This document shows, one piece after another, positions 26,857 to 41,082 of a stretch of DNA of 64,000 nucleotides. The notes beneath the pieces are model-generated. The model did not search any database and had not been told where the DNA came from. It saw nothing but the letters and a program-made list of their open reading frames with translations. Origin of the DNA: the human T2T-CHM13v2.0 reference genome, Homo sapiens; the NCBI RefSeq assembly GCF_009914755.1, contig NC_060937.1; one strand, 5' to 3'. The stretch's first letter is position 1, and each line of letters begins with the position of its first letter. The position numbers were made by a program, and so were the translations under genes.

Positions 26857-28509
26857 ATCAGACATTTTGATTAAAATATGTCATCCTGAGCAATGAAATT
26901 TCATTCTGTTTACCATTGTAATAAGAATTACCTTCAAAGGTTATTATTTGGGTTTACTAGAAAATGATCCAGAGTAATCTATTATTACATAAACTAAACT
27001 AGGGAAGGGCTTAATATTGTTTATTTTTTCTAGTTAATATTATAACAATTTTTCTTAATAATATTTGTGAAAAACAAAACATATTAAATTGATGAAATGT
27101 TATACAATGTGAGCGAATTGGCTATCTACTGTGGAGTCAGAGGCTCAATTGTACATTTTAGTAAAATATCATATGAACATTCTTAATCAAAAGTTTACGG
27201 AAACATAGGTCAGTGTAATGTGGGAAATTAAAAACAAAGTTTACAGAAATAAAGATTTTAGTTAACCATCTGAACAATAAAAATGTTTGTCTTTTGGGAC
27301 TTTAATTCAGTTGTAAAGGGGGTGTAAATAAGAATAGAAGCAAATCTGAGGTACTTTAGGTTAACCATTGGGTGTTTAAATGTATTGAAGGTGAAAAACT
27401 GTACTTACAGAGCCATCAATTCCAGCCACAAAGCGATGGCCCTGTGGTCTTTGTCATTCTTGTCATTCAATCCCCATCACTATCCAATCAGGTGGTAAGC
27501 AGGGGAGCCTAGACCAGACAGTAAAACTCGGAGCAATTGGATTTGTCTATCCTAACAAGGCTGCATTCGCCTTAGTGACTGCCAAGTCACTAACTCCACC
27601 TCTTTTCCCCACAGGCAAAACATTTTAGAACTGTCATAAAGAAAATGCCATTGCTGGGATGTCAAAAATTCCTTTTACTCCTCCTTGAAATTAAGTTTTG
27701 TGTATGTGCAAGCATACATGAACTGACTTTAATAAAAGCCACTCTGAGGAAAATGTGAAAAAATAGAACTGCTTATAATCATTAAAACATTTTGTTGTGG
27801 AGACAAGAAGAGCATCTGGCCGTGGCAGAAATAAAAGTGTTTGTTGGGAAGCTAAACTACTGTTCATGGTTCTGGAAAATAATTAATGTGGTCCAGCACT
27901 GCCATGGATATCATATGAGTGAGGTAGGCTTGCTTTCATGGAGCAAAATCTCCCTGTATAACGTCTCTTTTCCAAGGATAGCATATTTCACTATTTGCCA
28001 TTTAAACCAGATCAATAGCGGTGGGAGTATCGAGCTCATGAGGCCAAAGTCACAGCTATAGAGAAAAACTCCATTCCCAGAGAAGACAACTGAGTGTACC
28101 CCTATCCCTGAGTGGTCCTGTCATCAGCCCTAAGCTAAGTAGGGATGTGGAATGCCAACCACCAGAACAACCATCTCTGGGAAACCTGCTCCAGTGCCTG
28201 CCTTGGAGGTTTGTCAGTGGGCTCCGCCTCTCCATGAGGCTGAGGTCTTAAATAGTGACTGAAGTCTTCCTGAAGTAAAACGTTAGCATAATAGGCCGAT
28301 TCCACTTAGCATCCAAGTTATTTCAACCCAGTGCAAGGGTAATCTGACAAAAACACGGAGTTCCTCAGAACATTGCAAGGGCTAAATGACTTCTATATAT
28401 TGTGAATACTGACTCAAAAGAAAAAGCAATATGAAAAGGCATTTAGCTTTGGATATCAAGCCACTAGAAAATAATATAGTTAGAATTTCTACTCCACACT
28501 TTCCATGTT

Positions 28510-28942
28510 AGCATTAAACTAAGCTTCTTGAAGGCCAAGTCACTGTTGTTTTCATCTTAGAATCCTCAGCGCTTATCACTGTATTGACTACCTTGTAGAT
28601 TAGCACTGTCCAATAGAAAATAATGAGTCACATACGTAACTTTAAATTTTCTAATAGTCACATGTAAAAAATAAACCAGTGAAGTTAATTAATAATACAA
28701 TTGACTTAACACAATAGTCCAAATAATTATCATTTCAACACATAATCAATTGAGATTTTATATTAATGAGAACTCTAGTGTTTATTTTTCAGCTACAGCA
28801 TACTTCAATTCAGACTAGTCCAATTAAACTGCTTGAGAGACACATGTGGTCATAGTACAGCACAGCTATAGATGATCAATTCATACATGCTATAAAAATA
28901 AAAGAAAAATAAGTGAATGAGTAAATGAATGAATGAATAAAT
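28510..28942 (+). mobile_element. L2 3' end split by MER33
   Basis: ctaagcttcttgaaggc..tcctcagcgcttatcactgt before the MER33; gtgaatgagtaaatgaatgaatgaat after it. Confidence 0.6.
28601..28866 (+). mobile_element. MER33-like hAT-Charlie MITE
   Basis: agcactgtccaatagaaa..ataatgagtcacatacgtaactttaaattttctaatagtcacat ... cacatgtgg..acagcacag; flanked by t(g/a)tagat. Confidence 0.75.
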
Positions 28943-31900
28943 ATTAAAGTAGATATAAAAAGTAATCACTTTGAGCTCACTACATAGATGGAGATTATAA
29001 ACTACCAATGTTTTATGTATATATAGTACATAAATATACTGTATGTGTGTGCAAATATATATATATATGGTATATGTTTGTTGGGTAGATGGGATGCTGC
29101 AGAGCAGCATGTCAAATTCCTAATCAAGTGAATTTTACAATATCTTTTATTTGGCTAATTAGCAAATCAAATTTTTTTCTAATAGCTATTTGCACTTAAA
29201 TTCCAAAATATTCATTAATTACAAATTTTAAAAATCTGTTGTTAGAAATAAATGCCTTGTAGGCCACTAGGAAAAGTTGTGCTGGCCTATCCTCAGCATT
29301 TACCATAATTTCAAAGTAATTCTAGGTAGATCTCTCATGGAAAGTTGAAACTATATTTCAGAGCAATTTATTCTAGGGCAATTATGCAACTTGTTACTTT
29401 GGTCTGAATATAATTGTACGCCTGGTAATAAAGTACTATGTTCCCATCCAATAGTGAAGAACTCATAGATTTGGAAGTGGTTAATGTCAAACACCTGTGG
29501 CCAAGCAACATCCTCTATGTTAGGTTTTTTCTCCTTAGTAACAATTGAAAGATTTATAAATGAGGAAAAGGATATGAAGGAGAAATTTAAAAACATCTTT
29601 AATAATATATCTTATAAAATTTACTCTATATAATACAAAATTGTATATTAGATAAAATTCTATGAGCCATTTTAAAAGGTACTACTACATAAAACATTTT
29701 AGAGGTAGAAGAGGAGAAAAAATTTTTTATTTGAAGAAAATTTTATTATGACTTAGAAAATACAACCTTTTAAAAATAAATTCATAAAATGTTTCTCTCT
29801 GTAAAAAAGTTGATTTTAATCCTTGTACAGTATAAGTAGGGAAGAGTCTTTCGTATTATGTCAGTGTAAAGGTACTTAGCCAGCATAGGTCAATCATTCC
29901 ATTTATCATCCAAAAGCCTAAAAAAGACTTAAATAGCCCTGTTGTCTTTCCACCTTCTATTTTAGTCACTAAGCATCACCATAAATATTGAAGTATGACG
30001 CCAAGGATCTAGAAAATCAGTAGCTATACTTAAGACATTATTCCCACATCATTGTATTCAACTACTATACTTCTCAGTAACTGTCAGAACTTCAAAATGA
30101 TGCATTTTAAAGATAAGTTTTCACCGATTAATGTATTATGTTGTAACAAACAGATTTAATGCCTTTCGGCCTAAATCAAACAGTTCTATGACCAGTTAGA
30201 GTTTGCTGAATTAGATACACAGCCGCTTGTTTGGTTCTTAGATTAGTAACCTACCTTCCTCAGAAGCAGCTATTTTACTTTTATTAATTTATATTTAGTC
30301 CCCTTGGCTTGAGACAGAGTACAGGCTAACTGTATTTCCCCAGAGTAAATATAGTAGTTCTCATATTCTCAGAGTTGGAGGAGTTTTTGTGATTTTTTTC
30401 CATTTCCAAATACACAAGTCATCTTGTGCAGTAAAGCATGCTCGTCAATGCACATGTCAGCCAACTTTAAAAAGAAAAGTCTGAGAAAAAATAAAAAGTA
30501 AATTATTTAAGTGGAGTTGTAGAGGAAGCTTGAAAGAATTCTGTTTGGAAAGTTTCTTTGCTTCTCTCTGCCAATGGAGGAGCGACTGACTCTGGATCTC
30601 TCACTAGTGAGCTTCTGTCATAACTAGGGCTGACAGTTCACATTGAAAATTCTGTTTTCTTCCTTCTCAGGAAAGCAAGTCAAAGTTAAGCCAACAAACT
30701 GTTCTTGGCAAGGGCCTTACTTTTGTTTCCTCTTCTTTAAATTAGCCATTTGGGTTTCGTTCAGTATTTGTGAATACATTTCTAGGATTTGGCACCACAG
30801 ATTTCAGTGGATACTGAGACACTTTTTTAAAAAGTGGAGGCCCTCTGTAATGAAAAGTGTGGCCACATGAGTGCAGAATTTGAGATGAAGAGAGAAAAAC
30901 TCAAGTATCATTGTGTCGAGGAAACAACAAGAAATCAACAAACCAAACCACTGCGAAATATCATTAACATTCAACTACAGTTGAATTTGGCAGTGAACTG
31001 TTTTAGGGTAGCATATTCCATTTGAGATGTCTGTAAAATATATTACAGCTGAGTTCCATTGACTTTGCCACATTAACAACTATAGGGAATGAAATAATGG
31101 GTAAAAGCCGTTGTAGAGCTTTTTGCTCTTGTGCAGAAACTGAGCAAAAAGTGCCTGTGACTTTATTTTCTTTCACTTTCAAAGCTGTTCCATCAATGCA
31201 CGGTTTGGGATCACTGTATGAACTCTTCCAAAGTATTTACAGAGGGTAAAAGTATGCTTCATCCCAGGAACTACGGCAGGCATGGCTTATTTTATGAAAA
31301 CCCTACTTACAAAATGCCAAACCTAACAAAATAGATGAACAAGATAGGGAAGAGATGATACATTCTTCACCATAACGGAAGTAATTATTTTACAAAAAAA
31401 TTCACTTTACATTTAGGAGAATCTTCTGTATATTAAATATAAAATTATATTTTCTTACAGTCAGTTACCCTTTAATTTTGGGGGAATGTTTTATTTATGC
31501 TCCCACTAAGTTACAGGCAATTTTATAAAATACCAAATTACCACCAATTACATTACAGTCAAGGAAGTGACTAGTTGTATCTATATTGTTTATGAGGTAC
31601 AAACAGGCATGAAAGATGGATAAACATATAAAGCCCCTACACATAGATTTGGTGTTTGCTTAATGCCCATATTTATATATGTTCGCCACGTGTACATGTA
31701 CACATACAGTGTTGTTCCACTAACTGACTTATCTGTAGATAATACAGTATTTGCAAGACCAGTTCATTAAGGTTAATTTGTTCAAAAATATTAGAATCAT
31801 TAATTTCTGGCTTATAGCTAATGGCTGCTCTCAGCCAGTGTCCTGCTTCATCATTAGTGTCACTGAGATTATAACTCACACCCAACTGTTTTTACACTAT

Positions 31901-32964
31901 CTAATAGAATCAATTGATGCAATGGTTGACAAGATGCTGTTTTGCATTTTGTCATCACACTAATGTACATGGCTTAAAGGCATTGGCATCCATAATATGG
32001 GGCAGTTTTGTAGGAGACTGGAATAGGCTGAAGCTGCAAGGGCCATTTTCATAAAATATTAATGAAATTGAAAAATACACTGGGGTTGAAGGCTTGTCTG
32101 CTAAATGTAAGGTAAAATCTATTCTGCTCTGCTTTCTGATGACTGTAATTAGCAGCCCTAATTAAAAATTCAAACCTTGTGTATATTTGAAAGCATGAAT
32201 CTTAGCTCGCATCATGTTTATTTCCTTTACAAAGTATTTTATTTTACAACACTAATTGAACAGGATCCTTCCTAGTCCGACAGCCGCAGCTGGCTGGAGC
32301 CAGTTTATGTATCCAGTCTCTCAAGACTACTTCCTTTTGTAAGTAATAAAACATCTTTAAAAAACATGGATATGCTCTCTCTGAGCCATTAACTCTGTGC
32401 CATCCAGCACCAGGCTGGTCTTCTCCCCACACATTGTTTTTTTTTTTTCCTTCACTTAAATGTGACCTCTTTGAAGAGGCTGCTTTTTTCTGATCTTCAA
32501 TATTTAATGTGGATTTACTTACATTAAATGACCACCTTACTAAAGGAGCAAAGGCTCACTTCTGACATTATTTATGAACAGCATACGCTGTGCAAAAATA
32601 CGGAAGGAATTGCCAGGGAATACCTATTAGTTCTGGTAGAAGAATCTACTTTTTATCATTGTTTTCTAAACTTATTTTCAAATTTGTGGCCAGAATGTTG
32701 ACGCCTCACTGGGGACTGCGCGACAGCAAGTGAAGTCCAAACTGATTAGAATCATGTTACTTAGAGAGAACAGAGACCAGCCAGGACCAGAGCTAGAAGT
32801 CAGTCAAAGCCAGCATCTGAGTAGGTCAGACACGTTAAGACTTTTTTCTTTCAATAACGACAAAAATAAGTTTTGTTTCAACTTATGCCTATTATTGACA
32901 AAAAGAAGAAGAAGAAAAACAGGCACCTAATTATGGTTAAAATAATCTGGAAAAGGTAACATCT

Positions 32965-33106
32965 ATCTTTTGTTTGATCTGCGTATCCTTTCATCTCTGG
33001 GTGTCAATTTCCTCACCTGTAAAATGGGAATGCTTATAATGCCTTTACTTAGATGTTCTGTCTACCTAAGAGACTTTTTCTGAGGACACAAACAATTAGA
33101 TTTACA

Positions 33107-33130
<24 letters not shown>
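32965..33130 (+). mobile_element. MIR (MIRc-like) fragment
   Basis: tcaatttcctcacctgtaaaatgggaat..aaagcactttgacaact. Confidence 0.7.
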
Positions 33131-35325
<2,195 letters not shown>

Positions 35326-37534
35326 GGAAAAAAAAAAATCCCAGAGGCAGTTTCAAACCCTGCCAATATTGCCATTGAAGACTTCACACTTCCCTCTCCA
35401 GCACTTAAAAGTATAACTTCTCTTCTGTCTGGCAAATGCCTAATTACTTTGTGTTGCCTTTGGATCAGACTCTAATTCTTTGTTATAATTAGGTGAGCAT
35501 CTAATTACATGAAAAGCAACTCAAGAGAGCTAAGCTTTCTATTCACTTTTTCAAACTGCCCTGTTCCAAAAATTACCTTTCTTCCTTCTCCTCCTCTTTC
35601 TTCTATCAAAATCCTACTTGTCAGGTGAGGTTGAGCTCCAGTGGAGTTAAGAAGGAAGCAAGCTAACTGACTGAACTAATTCCTTCAAGATTGTGGATGA
35701 CCTTCTCTGACTACTTGTGGCTAGGTAGAGGCATCCGCACAAGGAAAGTGATTATAAGTGACTTTGGGTTTGCACCAGTTTCACCCTCATATGAATTGAC
35801 CTAACTGATCACAGGCTTTGCCTCTGAGGAATCTGAATAAAATCAGAAAACAGGGCTGTTAGTGGAATGGAAGTTTCCAGAGTCCCTAGCTGAACTTAGT
35901 TCATAGCTGACTCATCTCTGTGAGGGATTTCTCCATTTTGTGTGTCTATACACTCATGTAGCAGGGTTCTCTGCTCATAGATGAAGACTGAGGGGGGCAA
36001 TATTCACAACTGTGTGATGAGGAAGAGAAATTTTCGTTTCTATTAGTTTTGTATTGGTCTATGCAGACTGAGAATTTTTTTGTTTATGAATCTGCATTTG
36101 GTGATTACATATTAATGTTTATTTTAAGTCCATTGTCGGAGAAAAGAGCTTACATTTTATCTCTTAAAAGACATCCTGCAGGTCACCAGTGCATATTCAA
36201 AAGTAAACCAGGGGTGGGGTAGGGCAGAGTGCATAAACAAGAAATGGATCCCACACTATCCCATATAACCCCCATGAAGTCTTAGAAAGGCCTTCTTGAA
36301 TAATAAAAAGGTTAAGCATCCACTCTTTAGATTATCTTGCTGTTCTGTTTATCTTTCCCTCTTTAGAGCAACTCTTAGGAGCTCTTCTCCTATTATCCAC
36401 TGGACCTATTTTGTGATCCAGGAATAATGTGTGTGTTTTACTTCATTAATTCACCCTGACCACCCACAGATGAAGAACTGCTAGGGTCCAGGCGGGACTT
36501 GAGATGAGAGGTGCACACACACTAAAACTCACCAGCTTGTTATTGTTGTATTATTTATTCTCTATATAAGATATTTCTTCTGAGATGCCTAAAGTACTTT
36601 TCTACACACTAAATAAATGATTAACCCTCAGAACCCTGCTATGAGGCAAGCAGATTTGCAAAGTTGATAGGACAAGAAGGATAAAACTAAGCCCCACATG
36701 TGGAAAATAACAATACATCACACAGGTGAGGATTGCAATGTCTGGCTCTAAAGGTGTAGTGAACAGGAAATATCAACCAGTAAATTGACTTTGTTGAATT
36801 ATGACCTCTTCCTTTCTCTCCATTCCTCCCCCACACACCCATCATATCCAAAGCACTTTCACATGTCAATTAGGTTCCCTGCTATTGCACAGGTAGGAGA
36901 GCATATGCTAATGTACACATAACTGCATCTCCTAAACCTTACCATTGACCTGATGTTATTGAATTGACAATATTGTACAGGGTTTGCTTAAGCTAATGGA
37001 CTGCCATAAGGCTGAAGTGATGCTTGCACTGAAGTCTAGATTATCCCACAGTCTAAGCTCTTTCTTGTGGTTCAGAATGAATTTATCTCATTTGTGAAGG
37101 AAAGCAACATCCACCTACTGTCTGTTTGGCCAAAGAAATCTCTGCTTTCTCTGAGCAAGGTATAATGAAAACATGCATTAAAAGATCATCTACGGTAAGA
37201 GCCTAGCAGAGTCACTAGTGGTCCAACCAATCATCTGTCATTTAGGATCTCAGTCATAGGTCCAGCCATCATCATCTCATGCCCGAATTTCTAAAATGGC
37301 TTTTTTTTTTTTCAAATTAAGTTTAGATTATCCAATTACTCTGACTAATACTACCAGAGAAATGTCCTGGCACTAGGATTTCATGAGGCATTTTGCATTT
37401 AAGTAGATCTTACTTCTTTGAAATGTTTCTTGATTAATCCTACCCACCTTCCGATCCATACTTCCCACCTGCCCCATCCCTGCAATTAGAATTGACTACT
37501 GGTTTAGCAGTGGTTATTTTCTCTCTCTCTCTCT

Positions 37535-37849
37535 GTTTTTTTGTTTTTTGTTTTTGTTTTTGAGATAGAGTCTCGCTCTGTCACCAGGTTGGAGTGCAAT
37601 GGCGTGATCTCAGCTCACTGCAACCTCCGCCTCCCTGTTCAAGCGATTAACTTGCCATTTTGTGTGACTATACATTTGCCAGCTACTCGGGAGGCTGAGC
37701 CACCACGCCAGGCTAGTTTTTGTATTTTTATTAGAGACGGGGTTTCTCCATGTCGGCCAGGGTGATCTGGAACTCCTGACCTCCGGTGATCCGCTCACCT
37801 CGGTTTCCCAAAGTGCTGGGATAACAGGCATGAGCCACCGCACCTGGCC
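37535..37849 (-). mobile_element. AluS with internal micro-inversion and filler
   Basis: Antisense Alu; TSD tattttctct at 37515-37524 and 37850-37859; rearranged at 37649-37699. Confidence 0.93.
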
Positions 37850-37975
37850 TATTTTCTCTTAAAAGTCAACGTGGCTCCCCTCTTTCTTAGAGAGCTTTAA
37901 ACTGGGCTTTACATTGATGGTATTCTGCATGTTTTCTTCAACATTGACTCAATTTACTCAATTCAATTTGCTGCA

Positions 37976-37978
<3 letters not shown>

Positions 37979-38016
<38 letters not shown>

Positions 38017-38038
38017 TGTGTGTGTGAGAGAGAGAGAC
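37979..38038 (+). repeat. (TG)n(AG)n compound microsatellite
   Basis: Long TG run with one TA interruption, followed by AG repeats. Confidence 0.95.
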
Positions 38039-38074
38039 ATTAGTTTACCAGTGAAATGCCAAAACAAAAGAATT

Positions 38075-38306
38075 AATCTTTGATCATATCACTCCCTTGC
38101 ATAAAACTCTTAAGGGGTCCTATTGAATCTAGAATAAAATTTGAATCTCTGGGTCCTACATAGCTCACCAACTTTGCCGTTAGCTGTGCTTCCCTTGGAA
38201 CAGTGTCTTCCAGCCATCCCCTCAGGGCTTTTGCACTATTTCTTCTGCCTGGAATGCTCCTTGCCCATTTTGACCAAGACAAATCCTTTATATATTAAGT
38301 TTCATT

Positions 38307-38365
<59 letters not shown>

Positions 38366-38642
38366 GAAAGAAAAAAGAAAAAAGAAAAGATCTCATTTCC
38401 TTAAAGGGACATTTCTTGACGGCCCAATCTTGAATTGTCCTCCCACTTATTTATTCTCATAGTACCCTGTAATTTTCCTTCACAAATGTAACAATGTATA
38501 TGGTTATATTTATTACATGTATTGGTTCAATGTATGATTTCCCCAGTAGACTGTAAGTTCCATCTGGACAGAGATCTGATCTCTTTTCTAAGCATTTAAC
38601 ACACTGCCTGGCACACATTATCCCTCAATAAGTGAATGAATG
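38075..38642 (+). mobile_element. LINE-2 3' region
   Basis: gatcatatcactcccttgc..ctcagggcttttgcact..tgcctggaatgctc..tagactgtaagttcc..tgcctggcacaca..caataagtgaatgaatg. Confidence 0.8.
38311..38389 (+). repeat. Poly(A)/(AAG)n purine tract inside the L2
   Basis: About 32 A followed by (aag)n and (aaag)-like units. Confidence 0.9.
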
Positions 38643-38659
38643 GAAAACATAGATCTGTG

Positions 38660-38845
38660 ATTAAGATAGATCTATATTTGATTTCTGATTTACTTCTTAG
38701 CTATGCTACCTTGAGGAAGTAATTTCATTTCTGAGTCTGTTTCCTCATCTATAAGGTAAAGTTAATAGTATCTATTTCATAGGACATTTACATTGATTTA
38801 ATTAGGTAATATATAACAGATTTTAAGCACTCAATAAATGCTAGT
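38660..38845 (+). mobile_element. MIR SINE
   Basis: ccttgaggaagtaatt..ctgagtctgtttcctcatctataaggt..aagcactcaataaatgctag. Confidence 0.7.
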
Positions 38846-38918
38846 ATACTTTAGGTCAGGACTTGATTTCCAGAATTCTTGGATTGTTTTTAAAGTTTAT
38901 TTTATCCATCAAAACTAC

Positions 38919-38984
38919 TCAAATAATTATGAAAAAGTGACAGCTATTTCAAATAATTATGAAGAAGTCACAGCTATTTCAAAT
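38919..38984 (+). repeat. 30-bp tandem duplication
   Basis: tcaaataattatgaa(a/g)aagt(g/c)acagctatt twice, plus a partial third copy. Confidence 0.9.
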
Positions 38985-39379
38985 GCAATTTTACTATAGA
39001 CTTGAAGTTATATCTGATTTATTTCTGGGTTCCACGAAATATTAGAAATGAAGTCTCGCATTTAAAAATGGGCTCTTATAGAGCCCATTATACCATTTAT
39101 AATGGGTATTTAGTGAAGTAACTAATTTTGTAGATAAGAAAAGGGAGCCCAGAGAGAGCCAGGAACTTGCTTAGCGCCATGTAAGTAGTGAAAGAAAAAC
39201 CAGAACTGGACTTTTATATTCTGATTTCCCACCTAATGACCTAATTACTAAGGCACATCGTCTACTTTTAATCATAGATCAAATACCACATTTAATCACA
39301 CTAACGGTAATACATTTGATCCATGAGTCAACTATCACTTACAATCCCAAGATTTTTTTCTCTAGACATTTTAGTAAAA

Positions 39380-39590
39380 AGCATAGGCTCTAGAGAAAAA
39401 AAAATTACTCAAATCCCACTTGTGCCATTTCCAAGCTGATACTGGAAAAAATATTAATTTCTCTTAGCATCGGTTTTCTCTTATGTAAATTGTGGATAAT
39501 ATATTTTACTTACATAATTATTCTAATAGCTATATAAGATAGTGTCTGTGAAACACACAACAGTTCCTAGTACGTAGTAGTATTCACTAG
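39380..39590 (+). mobile_element. MIR SINE
   Basis: agcataggctctagag..tcaaatcccacttgtgccatt..cggttttctcttatgtaaa..acagttcctagtacgtagta. Confidence 0.6.
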
Positions 39591-39807
39591 TATAGATGAC
39601 TGGGGATTGGGGTAGTGATAGTAGCAATCATGGTAGTATTTATTTTTATTTGGCTTGTATTTAGAGCTTTCTTCCTTCACCAACCAACAATAATACTTTA
39701 AAACAAATTTATCATTTTCATTTTGCATTTCTTTCTTATCTTACAAGATTAGGAGTATCTTGGATTTTTCATTATCCGCTTGACCATTTGGTTTTGCTTA
39801 CAAAATT

Positions 39808-40106
39808 AGTCTCCCATATTTGTGGGTTCTGTATCATATTCAACCAGCCATGAATCAAAATATTAAAGAATAATAATAAAACAAAAAGATCCATATAAAA
39901 ATACAGTATAATAACTACTTCCATCACGTTTACATTGTGTTTGGTATTACAAGTAATCTAGAGATGATTTAAAGTATGTGGGAGTCTATGCATAGGTTAT
40001 ATGCAAATACTGTGCCATTTTATATAAGGGACTTGAGCATCCTCAGATTTTGGTATCCACCAGGGATTCTGGAACCTATTCCCTATGCATACTGAGGAAC
40101 AACTCT
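39808..40106 (-). mobile_element. MER2 (TcMar-Tigger) MITE
   Basis: aagtaatctagagatgatttaaagtat..ataggttatatgcaaatact..ccattttatataagggacttgagcatcc..gattttggtatcc matches the reverse complement of MER2. Confidence 0.88.
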
Positions 40107-40220
40107 ATAGCAATTTTGATACTTCTACAATTCTGAATTTTTAAAACATATATGTAAATATAAATGGATAGTACCAATAATGTGCAGAATGAAAATTATC
40201 ACTCAAGTTGCCCTCACTAA

Positions 40221-40340
40221 TAGAGTGATCAGTTTTTCTTAGACTGTCCCTATTTACTCCAGTTGCCCTGATGTAATTGCTGATCAAACTCCTTTCACCC
40301 TCAAAATGACACAGTTTCTAACAATGACAGATCCTCCTAA
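40221..40340 (-). mobile_element. MER94-like hAT-Blackjack MITE
   Basis: tagagtgatc..gactgtccc..gttgccctgatgtaatt..cctttcaccctcaaaa..cagtttctaacaat..ccta. Confidence 0.55.
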
Positions 40341-40720
40341 ATATTTCATTTCTTGCTAGGGGGTCCAGAGTTGCTGACTTGATGAAGCTATAACTATAGT
40401 TTTAGTGACAATGTTTTTTAACTGCAGTTTGTTTTATAATTTTACATTTATTGATTACTTGATATGAAGGAAAGCATTCGAATAATAACAAACATCCCTT
40501 TCCTAGCAAATCACAGTGAATCCATGAATATTTAAAGTTAGAAACCATGTAAATTAAGGGACTACACAAGGATTCTTCCAAATTCAAGGGAATTCACTGG
40601 CAAGGACAGAGTTTATAAAACATGAATTGTACACAGCTTCTTAGATTCAAACCTATTAAGTAAATTAAGATGCACTTCAGTAGGGTTCTGGAACATTCAG
40701 CTCCCTGGCTTTGGGTGTGA

Positions 40721-41082
<362 letters not shown>

